NCBI GenBank assembly: GCA_963804955.1
Contig: CAWDSQ010000033.1
Location: 1-13,414, forward strand
Length of the DNA stretch: 13,414 nucleotides
Direction of reading: 5' to 3'
Source of the DNA: an uncultured delta proteobacterium
GTDB taxonomy: Bacteria > Desulfobacterota > WTBG01 > CAIYCZ01 > CAIRTM01
The position numbers were made by a program, and so were the translations under genes. Under the pieces are notes generated by a model, which was not told the origin of the DNA, made no database searches, and saw only the letters and a program-made list of their open reading frames with translations. Positions 5,927 through 13,414 of the stretch are shown here, one piece after another (the stretch's first letter is position 1; every line of letters begins with the position of its first letter).

Positions 5927-6862
5927 ATGCAGTTTGCAATCGAAGCTCAATCACTTGTAAAAAAATATGGCGGCTTTGCTGCGCTGGACGATATAAACCT
6001 TGTGGTGAACCGCGGGGAAATATTCGGCTTTCTCGGGCCCAACGGCGCCGGAAAAAGCACGTTCGTCAAAATCATCCTCAATCTTGTGCATGCCACATCC
6101 GGCAGCGCGCGGATTTTCGGTGAGCAGATAACCAGGCCTCAGGCTCGGAAAACTGTTGGTTTTCTGCCGGAAAACATTCGCGCCTACCCCTATTTAAGCA
6201 TCGAGGAATTTCTGCGCTTTCATGGAGAACTAATCGGAATATCTTCAAAAAAAATTAACGAAGATATAAACGCCTGCCTGCGCGACGTAGCTCTTGAATC
6301 CGTGAGCACCCAGAAAATCGGCACCCTGTCAAAAGGCATGCTGCAGAGAACAGGCATAGCGCAGGCAATACTTGGTAATCCCGAGCTGCTGATTCTCGAT
6401 GAACCCACCTCCGGCCTTGACCCCATCGGCTTTACCGAACTGCGCCGCCTGCTGCTTGAAATGAAGGCCCGGGGCACAACCATATTTCTCAATTCGCATC
6501 TGCTCTCAGAAGTGGAGCGGACCTGCGATCGCGTGGCAATACTAAATAAAGGAAAAATAATCAAAATCGGCTCCAGAGACGACCTGTCAGACAGGGGTAA
6601 GCATCTTGAGGTGGTGGCAGAGGGCTTTACCGAAGGCATGGGGAACGCCATCAATGCACTTTCTAAAAAAAGTCTTGAAAGTGACGGAAAATACTTGCGA
6701 ATATTCCTTTTTGATGAAAAAGATTCTGTCACTGTCCACCGCATCATTGTCGAGGCAGGCGGCTGGGTTCAGTCGCTTGCGTGGAAGTCTGAATCCCTTG
6801 AAGAACTTTTTTACAGACTGGTAAAACATGAAGATATGGGCTTTAACAAAGATCGGCCTTAA
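5927..6862 (+). CDS. ABC transporter ATP-binding protein (ABC-2/exporter type)
   Basis: Walker A GPNGAGKST, signature LSKGMLQR, Walker B LLILDEPTSGLDP, H-loop NSHLLSE. Confidence 0.95.
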   Translation: MQFAIEAQSLVKKYGGFAALDDINLVVNRGEIFGFLGPNGAGKSTFVKIILNLVHATSGSARIFGEQITRPQARKTVGFLPENIRAYPYLSIEEFLRFHGELIGISSKKINEDINACLRDVALESVSTQKIGTLSKGMLQRTGIAQAILGNPELLILDEPTSGLDPIGFTELRRLLLEMKARGTTIFLNSHLLSEVERTCDRVAILNKGKIIKIGSRDDLSDRGKHLEVVAEGFTEGMGNAINALSKKSLESDGKYLRIFLFDEKDSVTVHRIIVEAGGWVQSLAWKSESLEELFYRLVKHEDMGFNKDRP

Positions 6863-7622
6863 AGAATGCCTCAGGCAGCGCGTGGTCTATTTCATCTTTT
6901 TGATCTCGCTGCTGTTTGTTTTGATGGCAAAAGGCTGCGATATCGGCTCGATCAAGGGTGAAAGCCTCCTTATCGGCAAAGAGGCGCGCCAGGGCATTAC
7001 CCTTGGGATATCCTTTCATGGCATTGTTTTCTGGAGCATCATGCTGTGCGGGCTGCTGGCCTCCCAGGTTCTTACGCGCGACATGGATGAAGGGTTTGCT
7101 TCCGTCACGCTTGCAAGGCCTTTAAGCAGAGACGCATTTATCGCGGGTAAACTGCTGCCGGTTCTTATTATTTCCGCTCTCAACCTCACTGTTTTAGGCT
7201 GGCTTTTCTGCTGGTTTTTCTACAGGGCCGCCGGCACTGTTACCATGCAGATTCCGCTCAGTTTTTTATTTATGACAGTGAGCATTGCACTGTACGGACT
7301 TATGATCTGCTGCCTGTCGCTGTTCATTCCGAGGCTGCTGGCGCCGCTTGCCGGCATTGTGCTGTATTTGCTGAGCTGCTGGTCGTCGCTGCCCTATTTT
7401 TTTGAAAACCTGAAAATACTCTGGACCCCCTCCGCAACAGTGCAGCAGCTGCATATGCTGCTGCCGAAATTCGGGGATCTGCAGTTTATCGGCGCTTCTA
7501 TTTTAAGCGGTGAGAAAGCCTTCGAAGCCGTGAACCCCTTGATTATATTCTGCAATATAGCAATCTATGCCTGCGTGTTCTGGTTTGTCACGGCCTGGGC
7601 CTTCAAGCGGCGGGAACTGTAA
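6828..7622 (+). CDS. ABC transporter permease subunit
   Basis: About 6 TM helices, RDMDEG..TLARPLSRDAFIAGKL motif and C-terminal FKRREL; overlaps the ATPase gene. Confidence 0.9.
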   Translation: MKIWALTKIGLKECLRQRVVYFIFLISLLFVLMAKGCDIGSIKGESLLIGKEARQGITLGISFHGIVFWSIMLCGLLASQVLTRDMDEGFASVTLARPLSRDAFIAGKLLPVLIISALNLTVLGWLFCWFFYRAAGTVTMQIPLSFLFMTVSIALYGLMICCLSLFIPRLLAPLAGIVLYLLSCWSSLPYFFENLKILWTPSATVQQLHMLLPKFGDLQFIGASILSGEKAFEAVNPLIIFCNIAIYACVFWFVTAWAFKRREL

Positions 7623-7628
7623 GAAGTA

Positions 7629-7657
7629 TTGATACTACAGCCCGATTCTGCTATAGT
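7629..7657 (+). promoter_or_regulatory. Sigma70 promoter of the efp operon
   Basis: TTGATA (7629-7634), 17 bp, TATAGT (7652-7657) with extended -10 TG; RBS AAGGAG at 7697-7702. Confidence 0.7.
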
Positions 7658-7709
7658 CTGCCATTCACAGACATGCTGTTTAAACCTCAACCATTAAGGA
7701 GAAACACCC

Positions 7710-8273
7710 ATGATAGATACGACTGCTATCAGGAAAAACCTGAAGCTGCTTATTGACAACGATCCCTGGATCGTTGTGGATTTCCAGTTCGTCAAGCCCG
7801 GCAAAGGGCAGGCATTCACCCGCACAAAGCTGAAAAACCTGATTTCCGGCAATACTATGGAGCGCACCTATAAATCGGGCGAGAAGCTCGAAGAGGCCCG
7901 CATAGATGAAAACGAAATGGTCTTCCTCTATCAGCAGGGCAAAAACTACACCTTCATGGACAATACCACCTATGAGCAGGTCGAGCTTACGGAAGATCAT
8001 GTGGGTGATGCAAAGAATTTTCTTGTCGAGAATATGAATGTCGAAGTGCTGTTCTTTGACGGCCGCCCGATCAGCGTCGAGGTGCAGAACTTCGTGAATC
8101 TGCAGATCGTTGAAACCGAGCCCGCCACCAAGGGCGACACGGTCAGCGGCGCCACCAAGCCCGCCACTCTTTCAACCGGACATACTGTCAATGTGCCGCT
8201 TTTTGTCAATAACGAGGAGTGGATCGTCATCGACACGCGCAACGGATCATATGTGGAGCGGGTAAAAAAATGA
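7710..8273 (+). CDS. efp: Elongation factor P
   Basis: 187 aa; FVKPGKGQAF loop (Lys at the modified position), KGDTVSGATKPATLSTG, VPLFV, DTRNGSYVERV. Confidence 0.98.
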   Translation: MIDTTAIRKNLKLLIDNDPWIVVDFQFVKPGKGQAFTRTKLKNLISGNTMERTYKSGEKLEEARIDENEMVFLYQQGKNYTFMDNTTYEQVELTEDHVGDAKNFLVENMNVEVLFFDGRPISVEVQNFVNLQIVETEPATKGDTVSGATKPATLSTGHTVNVPLFVNNEEWIVIDTRNGSYVERVKK

Positions 8274-9190
8274 GCGGGCAGCCCTCCCCGCGCGCCATGT
8301 TCCCCGGCGATTTCGCCGCAACGCTCCGTCTCAGGCACAGCATCATACAGCACATTCGCCGGTTTTTCGACACCAGCGGCTATACCGAGGTCGAAACACC
8401 CATCAGAGTACCATGCCCCTGCATAGACATCTACATAGATGCCTTTCCTGCAGGGGCATCTCTTTTTCTCTCGACCTCTCCGGAATTTCACATGAAAAGG
8501 CTGTTGCGCTTAAACCTTGTGCGCATCTACCAGATAGGGCGCGCTTTTCGCGCTGAAGAGGCGGGAAGGCATCACAGCCCTGAGTTCACCATGCTTGAAT
8601 GGTACCGCACCGGTACGGATTATCTTGGCATTATGGAGGAAACCGAGCAGCTTGTGCGCCGCCTTGTCGAAGCGCTCGAGCCGCGGTGCGCCCCCCTCAG
8701 CTTTCCGTTTGGCCGCATGACCGTTGCCGAGCTGTACGGAAAGCATGCCGGCTGGGATCCCGTCACGGGGTGGGATGAAGACCGCTATTTCCGCGACTGG
8801 GCTGACAAAATCGAGCCAGAACTTTCCGGGCTTGGCGCATTCTTCCTGATGGATTTCCCTGCCCCCCTTGCCGCGCTGAGCCGCATCAAACAGGACGAAC
8901 CTCTGGCCTGCGAGCGGTTCGAGCTCTTTATCCGCGGCCTTGAAATCGGCAATGCCTACAGCGAGCTTCTGGACTATGATGAGCATGTCCGAAGGTTTCA
9001 GCATGCTGCTGCAGCCCGCAGGGCAATGGGCAGGCAGCCCTACCCCGCTGATGAAGGGTTTCTGGAAACGCTCAGGCTGGGCCTCCCGCCATGCGGCGGC
9101 ATGGCAGTGGGTGTCGACCGCCTCATCATGGCCCTTCTGGGGCTTGACCACATAAACCTTGTGCAGGCATTCCCGGCGGAAAGGCTCTGA
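8270..9190 (+). CDS. epmA: EF-P (R)-beta-lysine ligase EpmA/GenX
   Basis: LysRS catalytic domain without anticodon domain: TSPEFHMKRLL, FRAEEAGRHHSPEFTMLEWY, ERFELF, NAYSEL, GLPPCGGMAVGVDRL; ATGA overlap with efp. Confidence 0.95.
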   Translation: MSGQPSPRAMFPGDFAATLRLRHSIIQHIRRFFDTSGYTEVETPIRVPCPCIDIYIDAFPAGASLFLSTSPEFHMKRLLRLNLVRIYQIGRAFRAEEAGRHHSPEFTMLEWYRTGTDYLGIMEETEQLVRRLVEALEPRCAPLSFPFGRMTVAELYGKHAGWDPVTGWDEDRYFRDWADKIEPELSGLGAFFLMDFPAPLAALSRIKQDEPLACERFELFIRGLEIGNAYSELLDYDEHVRRFQHAAAARRAMGRQPYPADEGFLETLRLGLPPCGGMAVGVDRLIMALLGLDHINLVQAFPAERL

Positions 9191-9191
9191 T

Positions 9192-10124
9192 ATGCTGCGC
9201 AAAAAGCCGTACCTGAAAATATTTGCCCATAAGCCGGACATCTTCAGCACGTTTCCGGCAGAGGTTCTGAACGAGCAGGCCGCAGACCGGCTACGGCAGA
9301 TACCCCGGCTTGCCGTTGCCGAAATCGCAGGCCCGGCAGACCTGCCTGCTCTGCGCGAGCTGCTGAAACACCACAGGCCTGATGGACTGCTGCCCACGCT
9401 GTCCTATACCGGCACTGAATACGGCGACTGGGCGCAGCTCGGAAATATGGCGGCAGCGCTGAAAAAAACCTTCGAGAAAGAACTGAACATTTATGTCGCC
9501 GAGCCCGTGGTGCTGGGCTCTCCCGCGCTCTGGAAAGCGCTGCGGAAGGCGCATGCCGGGGAGCTGAAGCAGCGCTTCGGTGTTGCCTGCCCCTGCCTCG
9601 GATGCAGGCTGTACAGCTACGTGCTTCGCGTTCCCCTGTGCAAAAAAGTCGATGCCCGGTTTTTCATTCCGTCGGTGCACGGTCTGGTTCAGCGCGGCTG
9701 CCCGGCCCATACGGCGCCGATTGAGAGAAAATATTTCACCTATCTTATGTCCGGCTACGGCATTGATGTCTGGCATCAGGGACTGCATCATGAGCAGGCC
9801 GGCGATGAGGCGCCCTGCCTGTCCTGCGTGCTCACCCCTGACGACGGCAACGGAATGCCGCATGAAAAACTAACCCGGTACTTCGAGCTCTTCGCCCTTC
9901 CCGCAGCAGGCGGCATACTGAGCCTTGCGGTCTCCGGCGCAAAGGTTGACTATGCCCGGATTATTTCCCAGACAGCACATCAAAAAAAATCCATGGGCAA
10001 ATATGATGGTTGTAAAATTTCGAAAATGTTCTTTTGTCATTCTGAGCGAAGCGAAGAATCTCATTTTTTTTGCAGGGAACGAGACGCTTACTTCGTTCAA
10101 GCTGACAATTCCGAACTTGTTTGA
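9192..10124 (+). CDS. Uncharacterised protein with Cys motifs; possibly a degenerate adenine-nucleotide alpha-hydrolase (PP-loop-like) fold
   Basis: ATG 1 nt after the epmA stop; motifs LAVAEIAG, YTGTEYG, LGSPALW, CPCLGC, PCLSC. The C-terminal tail runs through a repeat and may be spurious. Confidence 0.7.
   Translation: MLRKKPYLKIFAHKPDIFSTFPAEVLNEQAADRLRQIPRLAVAEIAGPADLPALRELLKHHRPDGLLPTLSYTGTEYGDWAQLGNMAAALKKTFEKELNIYVAEPVVLGSPALWKALRKAHAGELKQRFGVACPCLGCRLYSYVLRVPLCKKVDARFFIPSVHGLVQRGCPAHTAPIERKYFTYLMSGYGIDVWHQGLHHEQAGDEAPCLSCVLTPDDGNGMPHEKLTRYFELFALPAAGGILSLAVSGAKVDYARIISQTAHQKKSMGKYDGCKISKMFFCHSERSEESHFFCRERDAYFVQADNSELV
10034..10108. repeat. MITE/REP-like imperfect inverted repeat
   Basis: TTGTCATTCTGAGCGAAGCGAAGAATCTC ... 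GAGACGCTTACTTCGTTCAAGCTGACAA. Confidence 0.75.
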
Positions 10125-10157
10125 CGAAAGCAGCAATCAACTGAACAGGAGGTGACG

Positions 10158-11063
10158 ATGGATTTCAATCAGGATACCTTTGAACGGATTGTCAACAGCC
10201 TTCATGACGGCCTTTATTTTGTCGATCCGAACAGATGCATCACCTACTGGAACAAGGCCGCAGAAAGGATAACCGGCTACACGGCCGCAGAGGTGCTCGG
10301 CCGGTCCTGCTCGGACAATATCCTGACGCATGTTGACGCCGACGGAAACCACCTCTGCGCGGGCGTATGCCCGCTGGCCGCCACCATTGCCGATGGCGCA
10401 GCTCGCAGCTCGGAAATTTATCTGCACCATAAAGACGGCCACAGGATTCCCATATCCGTGCGCACCAGCACACTGACCGATACCGCAGGAAGCGTCATCG
10501 GAGGCATTGAACTGTTCACCGACATCAGCCACCAGGCAGTCAGCCAGCTGCGGATACGGGAACTGGAAAAAATGGCCCTGATCGACAAATTGACTGAGCT
10601 GCCCAACAGACACTATCTTGAAAAAGAGCTGCACAATAAGTTTGAAGAAAAAAAACGCCTCAATTTCCCGTTTGGCATCCTTTTTATGGATATTGATCAT
10701 TTTAAAAAATTCAATGACACCTACGGGCATGATGTCGGCGACAGGGTTCTTGCCTGCGTCGCCAGAACCTTCACCGCCAACTCCAGGCCTTTTGACATCT
10801 ATGGCCGCTGGGGAGGGGAGGAATTTATCGGCATCTTACATATTTCCACGGGCGATGACATGGAGCATCTTGCAGACAGGCTGCGCATGCTGGTTGAAAA
10901 CTCCTATATCATGCATGAGGGAAAAAGGCTGATCGTCACCGTGTCTCTCGGGGCCACCATCCTGCGGGATGATGACACGATTGAGAGCCTGATCAAAAGG
11001 GCGGACGGACTTCTGTATACAAGCAAGCAGGCCGGGCGGAATCGTTTTTCGTTCAGCCCGTGA
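10158..11063 (+). CDS. PAS/PAC-GGDEF diguanylate cyclase
   Basis: PAS (YWNKAAERITGYTAAEVLG..HKDG), DKLTELPNR, DIDHFKKFNDTYGHDVGD, I-site RPFD, GRWGGEEF; RBS AGGAGG at 10147-10152. Confidence 0.95.
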   Translation: MDFNQDTFERIVNSLHDGLYFVDPNRCITYWNKAAERITGYTAAEVLGRSCSDNILTHVDADGNHLCAGVCPLAATIADGAARSSEIYLHHKDGHRIPISVRTSTLTDTAGSVIGGIELFTDISHQAVSQLRIRELEKMALIDKLTELPNRHYLEKELHNKFEEKKRLNFPFGILFMDIDHFKKFNDTYGHDVGDRVLACVARTFTANSRPFDIYGRWGGEEFIGILHISTGDDMEHLADRLRMLVENSYIMHEGKRLIVTVSLGATILRDDDTIESLIKRADGLLYTSKQAGRNRFSFSP

Positions 11064-11079
11064 GTGCTTGGCCCACCAA

Positions 11080-11109
11080 AACAGGGGCGACCAGCCGGTC
11101 GCCCCTGTT
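11080..11109. terminator. REP-like hairpin or bidirectional terminator between convergent genes
   Basis: AACAGGGGCGACC-AGCC-GGTCGCCCCTGTT, perfect 13-bp stem. Confidence 0.7.
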
Positions 11110-11137
11110 GAAACACTATACCATCCTGGGAAATGCC

Positions 11138-12994
11138 TTAATCAAGCTGAAATTCTTCCCGCCAGTTTTTTTCTTCATTCCAGGCAGGCTGTTCGTCTTT
11201 TTTGAACAGATATCTCCCCAGCACCAGATAGTCCATCTCTGTTCGCATAAAACAGCGGTAGGCGTCATCAGGGGTGCACACAATCGGCTCTCCGCGAACA
11301 TTGAAGCTCGTGTTCACCAGCACGCCGTAGCCCGTCTTTTTCTTGAAAGCTTCAAGCAGCCTCCAGAAGCGCTCATTGGTCGATTTGTTAATGCTCTGAA
11401 TGCGGGCTGAATAATCAATATGGGTTATGGCGGGCACATCAGAGCGCACCTGGTACAGGCGGTCATACATTTTGAGCTCATCGTAATTTGGCCGGGAGCG
11501 GATTCCTGCGGTCTTCCCGAACGGGCGCGACAAGCAGCATATAGGGAGAAGGCCGGTCCAGATCAAAATAGGTGGCAATCTCTTCTTCCATGACTGCCGG
11601 GCAAAGGGGCGGAACCCTTCGCGGTACTTGATTTTCAGATTCAGTTTTTTCTGCATATCAGGCAGGCAGGGGCTCCCGAGTATGCTCCTGTTCCCCAGTG
11701 CCCGGGGCCCGTATTCCATGCGGCCCTGCAGCCATCCGACAACATTCCCCTGTGCGATAAGATCCGCCACCTGCTCGCACAGCTGGGTATAGTCGGCGAA
11801 ATAATGGATGCTGCGCTTTATGCCCCTTTGCCATGTGCTCAATATCTGGCGCCGTATTCAGGGCCAAGATAGGCACCTTGCATTGCGTCCTGGCCAGGGG
11901 TGACCTTGCGCTGTATTCCCGTACCAATATAGGCGGCGGCATAGGCGGCCCCAAGCGCGCCCCCTGCATCGCCGGCTGCGGGCTGAATCCAGATATCCCG
12001 GAAATGTGCCCCGGCGCAGCAGCTTGCCGTTTGCGACACAGTTAAGCGCAACGCCGCCCGCCATCACCAGATTGTCGCTGCCGGTAAGCTTCTTTGCCGT
12101 TTCGGCAAGCAGAAAGATAACCTCCTCGGTTACCTGCTGGGCGGCAAGGGCGAAGTTCATATAGGGCTGCGTCAGCTCTGTCTCGGGCTTGCGCCGCGGA
12201 ATGCCGAACAGCTGTTCCCATTTGTCTTCATGGCACATGGTAAGGCCGGCGGCATAATTGAAATAGTCCATGTTTAAAAGCAGGGATCCGTCGTCACGTA
12301 CATCAATAAGGTTATCGAGCATCTTCTGCTTGAAAGCTTCGTCTCTCGGGCATCAGCCAAGCCGTAGGGGGCAAGCCCCATGAGCTTATACTCGCCGCTG
12401 TTGACCTTGAATCCGCAGTAGTACGTCACGGCGGAATAAAAAAGCCCCAGCGAATGCGGGAAGTCCAGTTCCGGTACATCTCTATTGCGCCCCCTGCCGT
12501 TCCCGATGGTTGTGGTGGCCCACTCGCCGACACCGTCAATGGTTAAGATAGCGGCGTCTTCGAACGGAGAAGGGAAAAAAGCACTTGCCGCATGGGACAG
12601 ATGGTGCTCAGGAAAAAGCAGGCGGGGGTTGCCGTGCCCGATTTTGGCAAGTTCATCGGTGAGCATTTTCCGCATGAAAAGCTTTTCCTTGATCCAGACG
12701 GGCATTGCCGCAAGGAAGCTCCGCAGGCCCTGCGGCGCCAGGCTCGTGGTAGGTTTCAAGCAGGCGTTCGAATTTAAGGTAGGGCTTGTCATAAAATGCG
12801 ACAGAGGACATGTCCTGCAGGGTCAGGCCTGCCTCATCAAGGACATAGCGTGCCGCATGCGCGGGGAAACCGCTGTCGTGCTTTTTGCGGGTGAATCGTT
12901 CTTCCTGGGCCGCAGCTACTATCTCGCCGTCCACCAGTAGGGCGGCCGCGCTGTCATGATAATAGGCTGACAGCCCCAGTACCGCGTCAGGCAT
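11138..12994 (-). pseudogene. NodU/CmcH/TobZ-family (SxtI-like) O-carbamoyltransferase with many frameshifts (probably sequencing indels)
   Basis: Motifs in order across frames: YYHDSAAAL, AAQEERFTRKKHD, EHHLSHAASAF, DGVGEW, GEYKLMGLAPYG, AGGVALNCVANG, QPAAGDAGGALG, GRMEYGPRALGNRSIL, KYREGFRPFA, THIDYSARIQ, NTSFNVRGEPIV. Confidence 0.92.
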
Positions 12995-13007
12995 ATCGCG
13001 TCCTAGG

Positions 13008-13157
13008 TTAAAAAAGTGTATAGATAAACGGAGCGACCGCCGTGCCGCTGGTCAAGACGATTAGGGCGCCGAAGAGTAGCAGTGTGAGAATAATCGGCAG
13101 GAGCCAGAATTTTTTTCGGGTTTTTAAAAACCCCCAGAGGTCCTTCAGAAAGTCCAT
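13008..13157 (-). CDS. 49-aa DUF5989/SxtK-like small membrane protein (absent from the supplied ORF track)
   Basis: MDFLKDLWGFLKTRKKFWLLPIILTLLLFGALIVLTSGTAVAPFIYTLF*; RBS GAGGGAG upstream; RKKFWLLP and APFIYTLF are characteristic. Confidence 0.9.
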   Translation of the reverse strand: MDFLKDLWGFLKTRKKFWLLPIILTLLLFGALIVLTSGTAVAPFIYTLF

Positions 13158-13168
13158 AGCAGTCTCCC

Positions 13169-13414
13169 TCAATACGGGTGTTGTATATCAGTGGATGTAA
13201 ACGGGTGATTGCGCACTTGGAAAACGGATGGCTGTTTTTTTTCCACTTTTTCAGTTGCAGGGGATCGACGCCCGCCACTCTTCTGGCGCACCTAGGGGCG
13301 TAACAAGGGCAAAAAAAAGTATGCTGAGCACAATTTTTCGACATCACCGTCCCGAGCAGATGGGACAAGACCGAACCAGAGCCTCCCGACGGGCGTGTAC
13401 AGAGCCGGCCAGGT
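13169..13414 (-). CDS. 3' part of an SxtJ-family membrane protein (partial, frameshifted)
   Basis: Stitched frames give WPALYTPVGRLWFGL-SHLLGTVMSK-IVLSILFFALVTPLG-..RRVAGVDPLQLKKWKK-..SVFQVRNHPFTSTDIQHPY* (TGA 13169-13171). Confidence 0.75.

Noticed and set aside
8510..9863. Long antisense ORFs (8510-9397, 9291-9863) and similar shadow ORFs elsewhere
   Set aside because: They lie opposite well-supported genes in GC-rich DNA and show no recognisable motifs.
13003..13368. 121-aa ORF from the track
   Set aside because: It mixes frames of the frameshifted SxtJ-like gene with an off-frame reading of the 49-aa gene.
11138..13414. Saxitoxin biosynthesis cluster
   Set aside because: Only the widespread I/J/K-like genes are present; no sxtA, sxtG or other core genes in the window.

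Overview
Bacterial chromosomal window whose gene content and repeats suggest a deltaproteobacterium/Desulfobacterota-like organism (inference). The left ~3.6 kb is accessory. It starts with the 3' end of a membrane-protein (MFS-like) gene and REP-like palindromes. Next comes an integrase-less integron platform: a Pc-like promoter, an attI-like G|TTGGGC, one intact cassette ending in a textbook attC (1542-1619) and a truncated second cassette. This is followed by hicAB, a diverged second copy of the MFS 3' end, and vapBC with a degenerate attC. The rest holds a frameshifted B12-binding radical SAM gene, a repeat-rich intergenic region, a small membrane protein, an ABC exporter pair, an efp-epmA operon with a tightly coupled unknown Cys-motif gene and a PAS-GGDEF diguanylate cyclase. 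On the minus strand is an sxtJ/sxtK/sxtI-like trio (SxtJ-family protein, 49-aa DUF5989-like protein, carbamoyltransferase) with many indels that may be sequencing errors. Family calls come from motif recognition only; no searches were run.
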